Below, piece after piece: positions 43,506 to 57,580 of a DNA stretch of 64,000 nucleotides. Within the stretch, counting starts at the first letter, position 1; every line of letters begins with the position of its first letter. The stretch lies in the NCBI RefSeq assembly GCF_009914755.1, contig NC_060940.1. One strand, given 5' to 3'. The notes below the pieces were generated by a model. The model made no database searches. It was not told where the DNA came from and saw only the letters and a program-made list of their open reading frames with translations. The stretch comes from the human T2T-CHM13v2.0 reference genome, Homo sapiens. Position numbers and translations under genes: made by a program.

Positions 43506-45244
43506 CAGGCATATCTTGGAGTTTGGGTGCCAGGTCACTGCAATAAAGTGAGTCACAAACTTTTTGGTTTCCAGTGCATATAAAAGTTATGTTTGCACTA
43601 TACTGTAGCCTGTAAAGTATGCAATAGCATTATGTCAATAAAAACAATGTAGGTACCATAATCAACAAATATTTTATTGCTAAAAATGCTAATGATTATC
43701 TGAGCTTCAGTGAGTCATAATCTTTTGGTAGTGGAGAGTCTTGCCTTGATATTGATGGCTGTTGACTGATCAAGGTGGTGGCTGATGGTTGTTGACTGAT
43801 CAGGACAGTGGTTGCTGAGGGCTGATGTGGCTGTGGCAATTTCTTAAGACAACAATAAAGTTTGCTGCTTTAAGTTTTCCTTTCATGAAAGATTTCTCTA
43901 TAGCATCCCATGCTGTTTGACAGCATTTTTACCCATGGTAGAAATTCCTTCAAAATTGGAGTCATTTCTCTCAAACCCTGCCACTACTTTCTCAACTAAG
44001 TTTATGTAATATTCTAAATCTTTCATTGTCATTTCCATGACGTTCACAGCATCTTCACCAGTAGTAGATTCCACCTCAAGAAACAACTTTTTAAATTCAT
44101 CATGAGAAGCAACTCCTCAACCTTTCAAGTTTAATCATGAGATTGCAGCAGTTCAGTCACATCTTCAGGCTCCACTTTTAATTCCAGTTCTCTTGATATT
44201 TCCACCACATCTGTAATTATTTCCCCTACTGAAGTTTTGAACCCCTCAAAGCCATCCATGAGGATTGGAATCAACCTCTTCCAAATTCCCATTAATATTG
44301 ATATTTTGACCTCTTCTCATGAGGTACAAGTTCTTAATGGCATCTAGAAGGGTGAATCCTTTCCAGAAGGTTTTCAATGTACTTTGCCCAGATCCATCAG
44401 AAGAATCATGATCTTTGGGAGCTATCATCTTATGAAATGTATTTCCTAAGTAATAAGACTTGAAAGTTGAAATTATTTCTTGATTTATGGGCTACTGAAT
44501 GGATGTTGTGTTAGCAGGCATGAAAAGAACATTAACATTTTTGTACATCTCCATCAGAGCTCTTGGGTGATCAGGTACATTGTCAATGAGCTGTAATATT
44601 TTGAAAGGATTTTTTTTTTTTCTTAACGGTAAGCCTAAACAAGGTCTAAACAGTGGGTTTACAATATTTGGTAAACCATGTTGTAAACAGATATGCTGTC
44701 ACCTAGGATTTTTGTTTTATGTCAAGAGCACAGTTGGATTAGAATTAGCATAATTCTTAAGGGATCTATGATTTTTGGAATGGTATATGAGCATTGGCTT
44801 CAACTTAAAGTCATCAGGTGCATTACCCCATTACAAGAGAGTCAGCCTGTCCTTTGAAGCTTTGAAGCCAGGCATTGACTTCTCTCTAGCTACGAAAGTC
44901 TTTAGATGAAATTTTCTTTTAATATAAAGCTGTTTCATCTACATTGAAAACTTTTTGTTTCGTGTAACCACTTTCATCAATTATCTTAGCTATGTTTTCT
45001 GGTTAACTTGCCACAGCTTCTACATTAGCACTTGTTGCTTCATCTTGCACTTTTATGTTATGGACACAACTTCTTTCCTTAAACCTCTGAACCAACCTCT
45101 GCTAACTTTAAACTTTTTCTCTGAAGTTTCCTAACCTCTCCCAGCCTTTGTAAAACTGAAGAAAGTTAGAGCCTTACTCTGGATCAGGCTTTAGTTTAAG
45201 GTTTAAGGGAATGCTCTGGCTGATTTGATGTTCTATCCAGACTC
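43506..45244 (-). mobile_element. Tigger1 DNA transposon, 3' ~1.7 kb
   Basis: TA, then the TIR caggcatatcttggag. Minus-strand ORF remnants (STLKTFWKGFTLLDAIKN; ESTTGEDAVNVMEMTMKDLEYYINLVEK) match Tigger1 transposase. Confidence 0.93.
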
Positions 45245-46254
45245 AAATCATTTAGGATCTTACAAAAAGCAAAACTCTGATATTCTATTGAGATTTATTA
45301 ATCCATTCGCAGATCATTTGTATAAAATACTGAAAATCTTGCATCTGTCATTGCATTGATCTTTAGGATTTATTTGCACAATCTTCGGGTTTGTTGAATA
45401 ATAATTCCTTATCAAGATCCTTGAGCATTTCCACTCCACTCCAAAATACATATAAACTGGGTGAAAGATAAAGACTTTTCCAGATAAAGGATAGCTATTC
45501 CTCAGTAATGAGTTTGTGGGCAGTCCCATTTCTCCACTGGAAGCCTAACATAAAACTGGTTATATGAGGGAAAATGCTAAAAGGGCTGTCATGAAAACTA
45601 AAGCGAATTGTAAAAAAAAAAAAAAAAAAAAGCAAAGGCCTATTCATTATTTTCTAGTGATCTAAAGTAGCAACTATACAACCATTTGGCAAAATTAAGT
45701 TTTGACTTTTGCATCAGGAGAAAAATCTTTGTAAGCATTACTTTTTCATTATGCTCTTTTTATTGGTCATGGTTCTGTGGAATACCTATGGTTGTGAAAT
45801 TTATTCCTGTTTCAAAGCACTTGGAAATGATATTTAGTGCTACTTTTTCAAAAGAAGAACTCCTTTTGTATTTGCTCAAATGTTTGCATTGTTTTTTCAT
45901 TTAGCTCCAAAATGAATGCAATATGATTTATCAATCCAAGTATCAAAAGGATTCCTCAGAATGGCAAATTGTGACCAAACTTTAAAACACTAATTTAGAG
46001 GGAAGAATATTTCAGTGAAATCATTGAGTCCTGGCATCATCAAACTCAGCACCATAGAAACACACTTTCTAAGGAAGTCATCAAAATGAGTATACTATCT
46101 TTGGAGTAGAATATAGATTTCTCCATTTGGAGGTCAGATTCCAGAGTATACCAAAGACAAAAAAAATCATGAGTAAACCTAAGTTTTGTGTCAATATATC
46201 TGATACAAAAAGTCCATAGAAAAATAAATGCCAGTGTGTTCCATTGAAGTAATT

Positions 46255-46400
46255 TGGAATGGGATCAAGGGTACTGGATTCTGCTCCCAGCTCTGCCACT
46301 AAGTAGCTGTGGACAGTTTTGTAAATCACTTCACATTTCTAAATTTCAGGATTTGAATCCCAAAAGAAGGGGTTATATGGCCTAAAAGTCAAAAGTTCCT
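46255..46400 (+). mobile_element. MIR
   Basis: tggattctgctcccagctctgccactaagtagctgtgg...gtaaatcactt. Confidence 0.7.
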
Positions 46401-46984
46401 TACAGACCTGCTGCTTTGTAATCAGTGGGCCTCTCTTTATTTGCGGGGCTGACAGTGGGGAATAGGCGGATGACATTTTCCATGGCATATAATCAAGCCC
46501 CATATCTCTTAGAATTTCCAATGCATACTCATACCTGAAAGGCCACTATCTGGAAAATAACTCAAACTTAACCTCTCTAGATTCTAAGTGATCTCTATTA
46601 TGTCTGTATACATACATTTGTCAGTGTAGCTCCCCAAATACCTTAGTTCTTTTTTATAGACCAGTCTTGAAATCAAGGGATTCATATAAAGGGCCTCCAG
46701 AGGGATCAGTCAGCAGGCAGCTGGTTAAGTCTCACATGTTGAGCCTTCTCTAGGAGTAAGTTTTCAATGTACTGAAAAGTAACACTAAAGAAGTACAGAA
46801 TTTAAAGTAGGTATTCTTGGACTTTTCTGTGAGTAACTTTGAAAGAACGAGAAAACAGTGGATGCAGTTGCCTGCATGACTTGGGTAATCAGTGTGGCTG
46901 AATCTACTTCTAAAAAAGTGCATAACAAATCAGTGGCCACGACTTTTTACTTAGGATACTGTGGCAATATATTTTACTCCTAAT

Positions 46985-47650
46985 AATTGTACACCTCTCT
47001 TCTTTTTATCCCAATTGCCACTTGCCTTATTCAGACAATGTGTGACCTAGAACTTGGATGTTTCCCCCTAACTTGTCTTTTCCCTGAATGTATCCATCAA
47101 AATACCATTTTAAGCATGTTGCTTCCTGGTTTTAAAACCTTCAATGTCTCTACATGGTTTATTAGTAATGGCTAAAACCTACAGCTTGGAATTTAAGGTC
47201 TTCCATTCTCTGTCCCTATCCACACTTGCAGCCTTATTTTCTACTCTTACCTACAGCAAACTGTAGTCTTATTTACATAGGTCCAGTAGATCCCTCCGTG
47301 GTATTCACTACCACGTATTTGCTCATTCTGTCTTTTTTATTTTTTATTTTTTTGCCTCAGTGCATTCTCTCTCGTCTCCATTAGTGACATTCCATTCATC
47401 CTTAGAAACCCAGCATAAAAGCCAGCCTCCCTCATGAAGGTCGCTCTGTTATCCTTAATCTCTGCCTTTTGACATAAAAAATTATGTCCATTATTGCATT
47501 ATCACATTATATTTTATTTCCACAACCTGTGTACATGTCTCCCTCCAAAGATTATTCCATATCCTGTTCATCTTTTAATTCTCAGTGGCACTCAGCAGAG
47601 TTCCTTGTGAAAAAAATTTTAAAAGAACTTTAATAAATTAATTCAATCAA
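46985..47650 (+). mobile_element. L2 3' region
   Basis: gcttcctggttttaaaaccttcaatg...atttaaggtcttcca...ttgctcattctgtc...ctcagcagagttcc. Confidence 0.65.
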
Positions 47651-49824
47651 TCGCTACATCATTTTGACCATTTAAAACCATTTAAAATGAGTTTTTTTGC
47701 TTTGAACTTATCCATTGAAATTTTAATTTACTCTACATTTACTTTTCCTTTTAAGTACAATCTGAGAGCATTTATATGGAAATTGTGACATTAAGTAATG
47801 AGTTTGATCCTAAATGAATGACTACCATGGGAGCGATGTTGCCTTAGAATTTATCCAGATATTCTCATGTTATCAAATATATACTTATGTATATTATATA
47901 TATATATATATATTTACTATCTATGTATATGAAAAGAAAAATACCTCAAGTCAGGGAATCAAGTTGAAATTTTGGCACCAGTCACACTTTTTCATTATTA
48001 TTATTAATTAGAGATTTCAAAAATTGTTTTTCCCCATTAAATATATAGCACACCATAAAATTGTTTTTGAACAATCCTTGACTGACTAATCACAAGTCTT
48101 ATACAGTAAGAGCATATACCCTATGTTCAACAGAAAATCAGCCTGTAAGTGAAAGAATGTGTATGCATGCAAAGGAGAGAGCCAAAGGCAGTCGAACAGC
48201 TGAAATGGGGAAGAAAAATGGTTAAAGGGAGCATATCATCTGCCAGGTAGGCAAAAGGTAATGTCTAAATGACTAACGATCCAGTTAGAGAATTCTTTTA
48301 AGGCAAAAATGTGGCAGAGTAGAAAGTTATGAACTACGTTACATACTGTGACAAAAATACCCAGGGCAACCAAGTACCATTCCATTTTCAAATATATGTA
48401 TGAGAAAAGTCATGAATAATGGATTTCATATAACATCTTTGCTATGCATTATTTAAAATATTTGTGCTGACTGAAAGTGATCATAATCTTTTTTCATTAC
48501 AGTTTTGTGATGTGGTTAATATGCTCTGCTTGTTATTAGTGTAGGGACATGATACTGGATGTGTTGTTTTGAAGCCTACAACAGATTATCAGAATTTAGA
48601 TGGAATTGTAAGCATTTGAAAAAAAATCTGTTGTAAAACATTCAAAAAGCTTTTCAATATCTGTACATTGTTTTGTCAGTAAAGGATAATGTAAAAATAG
48701 AATAGGTGCATGCTAAATTGTGCCTTGGTTAATTCTTCAATTGAGTGTCATGGCTTATTCTGCATTTCACATCTCAGCAAAATCTTAGGAAAGGGCTCTT
48801 TTCCCCCCTACACCTATCTTCAACTTAGTGGAACTTATCCAGGCAAGATAGAGTTACAATGCAAATAACTTTGTTGTGTGAAAATATCAGACTCTTCAAC
48901 CAACATTTATACATTTAAACTTACTTCTCAGTTGGAAAGCATCTTAAAACCTGATGCCAAGTTTGGAAGCTACCTCAGAAGTTATTAAGATTGAATTGAT
49001 TTTCTCACAAAGGAAGGTGCTGATGCATACTGGATATTAATTAAGGTATCATCAGATTGTTTTTGCAGCAAAAATATGTTACATTTGCTTAAAAAATATT
49101 TAACAAATGTCCTCCATGTTCCAGGTACTGTGCAAATAGTGCATCTATACAATATATATGTATATAGCAGCAAATTATATCTCTGTATATGCATATACAT
49201 ATATGAACATATATGTGTTATAGAGCATATATTACAGAACTTTTACATGTATATGTATATGTATTTATATATGTGTTTATGTGTATTTATAAAACAGTAC
49301 AACTAACAGACTTTAATCCTTACATACAAATACCATTTCAGGGTCATACTGAATCCTAGGTCCACTGAGGGGTTTGAATGTTTGTAAATGTAGTTCTGAT
49401 TGTTGAAATAGGCTGTTCTAGTATTCAGTCTAGTGTTTTCTCAGTGGTTGCTTTTGTTACTTAAAGTATGCTTCATACTATGCTGCATACATTTTTATGC
49501 ATATACAATGAGATTTTATCACAATTTTATGCACAACTTAATGCATACATAATCAGATTTAATGCTGCTGCATGTTAACAGAATTACAACTGTTTGATTT
49601 ACAGCTCTATCTGTAGAATGCAGAACAGTGCTCAAACATAGTAGATGTTCAATAAAATTTGTTGAATAATAAATGAGTGCATACATTGTTTGCATGTGTG
49701 TGCATGTATGTGTGATTACTATTTTCCCCATTTTGAAAGATGGTTGAAACTCAGGTTCAAGAGGAATTATGATAATACATAATAATTGTAATGGAATATA
49801 CATAATATATATTTAATAACTAAA

Positions 49825-50030
49825 ACCATCTACGCTTTTTGAGTGCTTAAGTAAGAGCCATGTCCTGGGCTCAGCCTATTCCATAATTTATCTCATCTAA
49901 CCTTCACATACCATGTAGGTGGATTATTATTCTCATTTTACAGATGGGAATACTGAAGCTCAGAGGGATTGAGTAATTTTGCATGGTATCCTAATGTGAG
50001 CTACTGGCAGAGCCAGAAATTAAAATGGTT
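49825..50030 (-). mobile_element. MIR (its end continues after the L1PB at ~52780-52825)
   Basis: attattctcattttacagatgggaatactgaagctcagagggattgagtaa...tggcagagccag. Confidence 0.85.
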
Positions 50031-50131
50031 CTTTTGTTTCAAAAATTATTTGTTTATTTCAATAGTTTTTGGGTTATAGGTGGTTTTTGGTTACATGGAT
50101 GAGTTTTTTAGTGGTGAATTCTGAGATTTTA

Positions 50132-50185
50132 TTATTATTATTATATTATTATTAATTTATTTTTTACCCTTGCTCCACCTTTTCC
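50132..50185 (-). other. 54-bp polyadenylated micro-insertion with a 15-bp TSD
   Basis: TSD aattctgagatttta at 50117-50131 and 50186-50200. Insert on the minus strand: ggaaaaggtggagcaagggtaaaaAATAAAtt, then a (taa)-type tail. Confidence 0.8.
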
Positions 50186-50389
50186 AATTCTGAGATTTTA
50201 GTGCACCCATCACCCGAGCAGTGTACACTGTACCCAATATGTTGTCTTTCATTTCTCATCCACCTTCCAGCCTCCCCTCCCAAGTCCCCAAATTCCACTA
50301 TATCATTGTAAGTTTTAGCATCCTCATAGCTTAGCTCCCACTTATAAGTGAGAAGATACTTTATTTCCATTCCCGAGTTACTTCACTTA

Positions 50390-50945
50390 CGCATTAGTCA
50401 GGGCTCTCCAGAGGGACAAAACTAATAGGATGCATGTACATATGAAAGGGAGTTTATTAAGGAGAATTTACTCACATGATCACATGGTGAAGTCCCATGA
50501 TAGGCTGTCTGCAAGCTGAGGAGCAAGGAAGTCAGCAGTGGCTTAGTCTGAGTCCCAAAACCTCAAAAGTAGGGAAGCTGACAGTGCAGCCATCTGTCCG
50601 TGGCTGAAGGCCTGAGAACCCCTAGCAACCACTGAAGAGTCCAAAGGCCGAAGAACCTGGAGTCTGATGTTCAAAAGCAGGAAGCATCCGGCACTGGAGA
50701 AAGATGAAAGCTGGAAGACTCAGCAAGTCAGCTTATTCCACCCTCTTCCACCTGCTTTTACTAGCCCTGCTGGCAGCCAGTTGAATGGTGCCTTCCCAGA
50801 TTGAGGGTGGGTCTTCTTCTCATAGTCCACTGATTCAAGTGTTAATCTCCTCTGGCAACACCCTCACAGACAAACCCAGAAACAATACTTTACATCCTTC
50901 AATCCAATCAAGTTGACATGTTGACATTTAATTTTAACCATTATA
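50390..50945 (-). mobile_element. HERV-L solo LTR, MLT2A2/B1-like, inserted in the L1PB
   Basis: cgcattagtcagggctctccagagggac...caatccaatcaagttgaca...ttaaccattata; perfect TSD actta. Confidence 0.92.
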
Positions 50946-53149
50946 ACTTAGAATAATGGCCTCTAGCTCCATCCAAGTTGCTTCAACATATATTATTTCA
51001 TTCCTTTTTATGGCCAAGTAGTATTCCATGGTGTTTATGTACCACATTTTTTTTTTAAATCTACTCGTTGGTCAATGGGCACTTAGATGGGTTCCATATC
51101 CTTGCAATTGTGAATTATGCTGCTGTAAACACACATGTGCATATGTCTTTTTCATACAATGACGTCTTTTCATTTAGGTAAATACTCAGTTGTGGGATTG
51201 CTGGATTGAGTGGTGGATCTACTTTTAGTTCTTTAAGAAATTGCCATACTGTTTTCCATAGTGGTTGTACTAATTTACGTTCCCACCAACAGAATAAAAG
51301 TGTTTCCTTTTCACCACATCCATGCCAACATCTATGGTTTTTTGACTTTTTAATAATGCCCATTCTTGCAGGAATAAGGTGGTATCTCATTGTGGTTTTA
51401 ATTTGCTTTTTCCTGACGATTAGTGATCTTGAACATTTTTTCATATGTTTATATATTTTCTTTTGAGAAATGTCTATTCATGTTCTTTGCCCACTTTTTG
51501 ATAGGATTATTTGTTTTTTTCTTGCTGATTTGTTTGAATTCCTTGTGGATTCTGGATACTAGTCCTTTGCTAGATTCATAGTTTGTGAATATTTTTTTTC
51601 CCATTTTGTGGGTTGTCTGCTGACTCTGCTGATTCCTTTTGCTGTGCAGAAACTTTTTAGTTCAATTAGGTTTCATTTATTTATTTTTGTTTTTGTTGCA
51701 TTTGCTTTGGGGGTCTTAGTTATGAATTTTTTTGCCTAAGCCAATTTCCAGAAGTTTTTCCAATGTTATCTTCAGAATCTGTATGGTTTCAGGTCTTAGA
51801 TTTCAGTTTTTGATCCATCTTGAGTTGATTTCCGTATATGGTGAGAGATGGGGATCCAGTTCCATTCTTCTACATGTGGCTTGCCAGTTTTCCCAGCACC
51901 ATTTATTGAATAGGGTGTCCTTTCCCCAATTTATGTTTTTTTGTATGCTTTGTTGAAGATCAGTTGGCTGTAAGTATTTGGCTTTATTTCTGGATTCTCT
52001 ATTGCATTCCATTGGTCTAAGTGTTTATTTTTATACTAGTACCATACTGTTTTGGTAACTACAGCCTTGTAGTATGATTTGAAATCTGGTAATGTGATGC
52101 CTCCAGATGTGTTCTTTTTGCTTAGTCTTGCTTTGGCTATGCAGGCTCTTTTTTGGTTCTGTATGAATTTTGGGATTGTTTTCTCTAGTTCTGTGAAACA
52201 TAATGATGGTATTTTAATGGGAATTGCATTGAATCTGTAGATTGCTTTGGGCAGTATGGTCATTTTTAAAATATTGATTCTTCCCATCCATGAGTATGGG
52301 ATGTGTTTCCATTTATTTGTGTCATCCGTGATTTCTTTCAGCAATGTTTTGTAGTTTTCTTTGAAGAATTTTTTTTTTTTACCTCCTTGGTTAAGTATAT
52401 TTCTAGGCTTCTTCTTCTTTTTTGCAGCTGTTATAAAAGGGATTGAGTTGTTGATTTAATTCTCATCTTGGTTGTTGTTGGCCTATAGCCATGCTGCTGA
52501 TTTTTGTACATTGATTTTTGTCACCTGGCACTTTACTGAATTTGTTTATTAAATCTAGGAGCCTTGTGAATGAGGGTTTTCAAGGTATACGATCATATTA
52601 TCAGTGAAGAGCAAAAGTTTGACTTTCTCTTTTCCAATTTGGATGCCCTTTATTTCTTTTTCTTGCCTGACTGCTCTGGCTAGGACTCCCAGTACTATGT
52701 TGAATAGAAGTGGTGAAAGTGAGCATCCTTTTCGTGTTCTAGTTCTCGGGGAGAATGCTTTAAACTTTTCCCTATCCAGTAGGATTAAAATAAGTTTTGT
52801 GTTCTGATGCCAAAAGTCCCACTTTTATAAAGTTTGCAACATTTCCAATAGTTCAGATGCCAGCATGTCCTGACCATTGGACCTAATTGACTATAATAAA
52901 GAAGGCATACTGTAAATTTTGCCATAAACTAAATTGTTATTAATATTAGTGTTAGTAGAACCATGAGAGCCTGCCTAAAATTATTTAGAATAAGGGAGCA
53001 AGTGTTTGGCTAGGCTTCTTCCCTTGATTGCAAAATTCTTTGGTATAAGGACTTTGATTTTAACTTCATAAAGTAGAAATAAATTCCCAGCCAAACATCT
53101 AAATTAGTATTTGAATATTTTATCTAAGCCAAGCCAAGAAAGAATGATT

Positions 53150-54025
53150 ATTTTTTAACTTAGAAACCTTAAGCACAGAGTTAGTATAATATACATACAA
53201 AAATGTATGTATTATAAACATACAGTTAACTGAAGTTGCACAAACTAAACACATCTATGTATTTGACCCCAAGATTAAAAAAATAGAATGTTACCAGAAC
53301 CCTATCAGCACTCTCTTCTCCCCTCCACCTACCCATGATCCCTTACAATCATGAATTCTTTGCCCTGATCCCAGGATAACCACTATCCTGACTTCTCAAC
53401 TTCAATCAGTATAGATTAGCATTGCTTGTTTTTGTACTTTATATAAGTGGTACCATGATCCTTCTTTTTTTTTGCATATGGTTGTTCTTCATGTTTTATT
53501 TAATCATGCAAATAGACTACAGTTTATTTATTAGTGCTTCCAGCAATGAACATTTGGGTTTTTCCAGTTTTTGCAGTACTCTTCTGTATATTCTAATACA
53601 TGTATTTTGATGAACATATTTGCACATTTTTGTTGAGTTTGTATTTAGAAGTAGAATTACTGGGTCATAAGATATGTATATATTCAACACAGTAGTTACT
53701 GCCAAATATTTTTCCAAATTTATGTTGCCACCAGTAGTACAAAAGTTCTGATTGCTCTACATCCTTACCAATATTTCATCTTTTTCATCTTTTTTTAAAT
53801 GTTAGCCATCATAACGGGTGTAAAGTAGTATTTCATTATGATTTTAATTTACATTTCCTCATGACAAATTGAGATCAAACAGCTTTTCATATGTATATTG
53901 GTAATGCTTTTGTGAAGCATGTATTAAAATTTTGGTCCATTTTTCATTTGGGATGTCTGGCTTTTTGGGTATTAATTAGTAAGGGCTTATTTTATATTTT
54001 GGATACAAGCCCTGTGTTGGAGATA
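53150..54025 (-). mobile_element. Ancient L1ME-like 3' region
   Basis: aaaatagaatgttaccagaaccc...taaccactatcctgacttct...tagaagtagaattactgggtcataag...ttgctctacatccttaccaat. Confidence 0.8.
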
Positions 54026-54174
54026 CATCTATATCTGTATCTATATCTATATCTATATTTATATCTATATAACTATCTCTCTCTCTATGTATATATATAT
54101 CATAGTACTTCTGCTTTGTGGAATGAGAGTAAAGGTTGTATATAGAGTGATAGTTTACATTTATATGTATTTTC

Positions 54175-54204
<30 letters not shown>
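54026..54204. repeat. (TCTATA)n low-complexity tract and (GT)n microsatellite
   Basis: Read directly at 54026-54100 and 54177-54204. Confidence 0.9.
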
Positions 54205-54210
<6 letters not shown>

Positions 54211-57059
54211 GAGAGAATAAGAAGACAGCAAGAAAGAGAAAGGCTAAATTTTCTGAACATTATGTAACAAATGCTTGAGTTCCTATGACTATTACTCATT
54301 TTATCTTCTTTACCATGTGGGTCCCTAACATAGTGCTCTCGAAGACGTATAGGGAAAAAAAGGTACGGACTTCCTGGTGATTTGCAAAATAAAATTCTTT
54401 GAGATTAAGACATTCACATTTCTTCCAGACTAAAAATGAAAAAAAGAGGACCTGGAAATTGTTTGTCAGGAGAACCCTAAGCAATGTAGTTGGCAAATTC
54501 ATATAGTAATAAAACTTTGGACCTACATAGGGTTGGGTTAAATTTATTTCAAACATTTTCTACTCTAAAGCAAAACCAAGAATTAAATGAGAACAACTTT
54601 TACAAGCCTCAGTTGAGTTTCAATGCTCGAATGTCAAACAATATTAAATCTCAATTTCCAAGGGTTAGACACAGCAAGATGCCACTTGCTCTTTTCATGG
54701 CAAGACTCTCAATATTCTTTGTAGAGCTTGTCATGGTGTGTGTCCCAATTGCTGTCAAACAGGCTGCTATGCATTTTGCTAAATGCAGGTTTGAATTAAA
54801 AATCTTCAGACATTTATAGAAAACATTTATATAGTTTAGATATAGCTGAGGGGATTCTGGAAAAGACAAATGACCTTATGTTCTTCCCATTAAGAACTGA
54901 CCAGAAAAAATATAATGACTGTGTTCTGTTTAGAGTAACAAAAGAAGACTGATAGTTTAATTAGCCTAAAATAAAGATTATAAGTGACAAGTCCTGTGCT
55001 GAAGCTAGCAAGAAAGATGTCATGATATATTTTAAAACAAAAGTACTTCTTGCCCCTCTGCTTCAAGGAAGGAAATGTATTTTTTTTTCTCCAGATACAA
55101 AAATCCTTTTATGAACCTGTCTGACACAGCACCTTTAATCATTGTCACACACGTTCCATTTCTTAAGTCAACTTGCTGATTTCATGAATTGTGTTAGAAA
55201 GCGGGAAGGCTATATTTTCCATTTTCATTAACTGACTCATTTATGCATTCCTAGCAAAGGAGAAAATATCTGTGAAAAGGACTGAGTGGAAATGTGCTAT
55301 TTTTCTTCTTTGTAAAGTGGGAATCAGGAGGTTTGAGGCACACAGGGCAGTCCTTGCTGTTCAATCTGCAAGTCTGTTCTCCGTCTACAGCATGCTGTAT
55401 TTATTTGGATAGCCTTATTCCTCTTTCATCTTTGAAAAGAAATCAGATCCTATCTATATTCAGGTTGGACAATATTCAAAATCTTGTCTAAATCCCCAGT
55501 TGTGTAAGCAGTTTTCATGGTTCATGTTCATTTGAAAGAGTAGTTCTCAAGTACTGAAACATATGTTTTCAACACAGACCACAGAATTTTCAGAACACTT
55601 TCAAAAGGTTCACAGATGTTTTGAAGCCCCTCCATACATCCCAAAATAAGAAACTTTGAAATAAAGGCAGATCACTGGAACATTGTAACTTATTTCAAAG
55701 CCAATGGTAAAGACATATGTTAAAGCCATGTTTTCCATACACCACAGTTGCCATGCTCATTGCATACCAGATCTAGGAAGTGAATTGGTTAATATCAGGA
55801 GCTCTCCTGCAATAAAAGATTTCAATATAAATTGCTTCTGGTGCAGAATCTAGACAGACTTGATTTATTAGGGCAAGCCAGGAGAGAGAATAGAAAAAAA
55901 TGTAGAATATAGTCCAGGAAGAAAGTGGGCAGGACCCAATTTATAGATGAGAAACTGAGATTCAAAAAGAATAAGTTTGTTTGAAATTACACAGTTTAAG
56001 AGAGTGTATGAAGTTTGTAAAAGCAGCTCTAGATGATTTGAAATTCTTATTCTGAGCTTTTTCTCACTGTTCCCTAATTATACCACCAAGATGATTAGCT
56101 CCGAAAGGTTCACTTCTTCTGAAAAACAACAAAGATTAAATTAAAATGGAATAGATTTGACAGTTTTAAATGACCAATGACATTTTGACCAAAATAAAAG
56201 TATCTTATATTTAAATAGGGCTGTGTAGTATGCATTAGTTTCCAGATATGCTCATTAAACTCTTCTCACCATTTTTGTAGTAAGAAGATGATGTTACATC
56301 GTTGTGCTATCAGGCAAATCAAGAATTGGTTACATCTAGGTCCCTTGAGTGTAGTTTTGAAGTCTGAGAGTACAAGGGTGGATGTTTGGGAGAGAAAGTT
56401 TAGAAAGCGATGCCTTATTTCTTGTACATCAATCTAAGAGAAGAAAACAAAATTTCTGAAATATTCCATGGTTATTTTCTTAAAGAGCAATAATGTATAT
56501 GCAGAAAATAAAAGAAACACATGATCTTTCCATTCAGAATTTTTTACCCTTAAATTTTAACTCTTGCTCTCTCTTTATATGTCACTCTATATAAAAATAC
56601 ACACACCCATATACATGCACACACATATACACGCACACACATATACACACACACACAAACATATAAGCAAAGTAAAAAATAAAAAATAAAAATTCCTCAA
56701 ATTACTTTCAAAAATATAATTCCCACTACATATGTAGCTTTTAAAGATTTGCTTACCTAAAGGGGTCAAGTTTGTACATTATTCCACATCTTCCTTTCGT
56801 TCTAGCTGATGAAGGGAGCTGTCCAAGTCATGTTCAGTGGAAATTATTTAACTCATTCTTTTGAAAATTTTCCATGTCATTTTGTTGTTTTGCAGCCATT
56901 ATTACACATCAAGCTTCTAAATATTCATATGAAGCAATGATGTCTTTGACACCAAACTACATCAGTTCCTAAGTCAGAGACAAAGATGGTGGTTTGGTGA
57001 GATCCGCATCAGATTCCAGGATAGTGAACATTATCGTATGTTCTATTAAGTATGTTAAT

Positions 57060-57580
57060 TAAGATGACTATATAACTATCATTTAAACAGGAGTGCTTTT
57101 GAAACGAAAGGGGTGCTATCCTCATCCCTTTTGTGCTGCTATAACAGAATACCCGAGACTGGGTAATTTATAAAGAATAGAGATTCTTACAGTTCTAGAT
57201 GCCAGGAAGTCCAAGGTCTAGGGGCTTGTGTCTGGCAAGAGCCTTCTTGCTGTACTATCCCATGGAACAAGGTGAAAGGGCAAGAGAGTATACACATGCA
57301 AGAGAGGGAAGGTTGCTGAATTCATCCTTATAAGGACACTGCTCCAGTGGTAACAAACCTACTCTCTTGATAATGGCATTGATTCATTCATGAGCACAGA
57401 ACCCTCGTGACCTAATCTCCTCTTAAAAGGTCTTACCTCTCAACACTGTTGCATTGGGGATTAAGTTTCCAACACTTTGATAGGGACACCTTCAAACCAT
57501 AGCAGGTGCTATTAATAATTACATCTGGACAAAAGGCATAAGCCAGAACTGTGTAGGACAAACCAGGATATATGGTGATG
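57060..57580. mobile_element. MER94-like hAT-Blackjack MITE, split by an MST LTR
   Basis: atgactatataact...cttttgaaacgaaaggggtgc | LTR | tattaataattacatctggacaa...ggacaaaccaggatatatggt. Confidence 0.75.
57117..57504 (-). mobile_element. MaLR solo LTR, MSTC-like
   Basis: tgtgctgctataacagaatacccgagactgggtaatttataaaga...ttcaaaccatagca; perfect TSD ggtgc. Confidence 0.9.

Larger units (their letters stand above)
50046..52778 (-). mobile_element. L1PB-like element, 5'-truncated, interrupted twice
   Basis: Antisense L1PB 3' end (tttcaatagtttttggg...ggttacatggatgag...gtgcacccatcacccgagcagtgtacactgtacccaat). Minus-strand ORF2 remnants at 51115-51444 and 52036-52344. Confidence 0.93.

Noticed and set aside
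43898-44428. Domesticated TIGD-like gene
   Set aside because: Short frameshifted remnants of a 5'-truncated Tigger1 copy.
45612-45631. A20 run as a retrocopy tail
   Set aside because: No flanking TSD or upstream element body could be identified.
54490-54869. Overlapping 109-aa and 72-aa ORFs as an exon
   Set aside because: No homology recognised and no clear splice sites; could be conserved non-coding DNA, but sequence alone does not support it.
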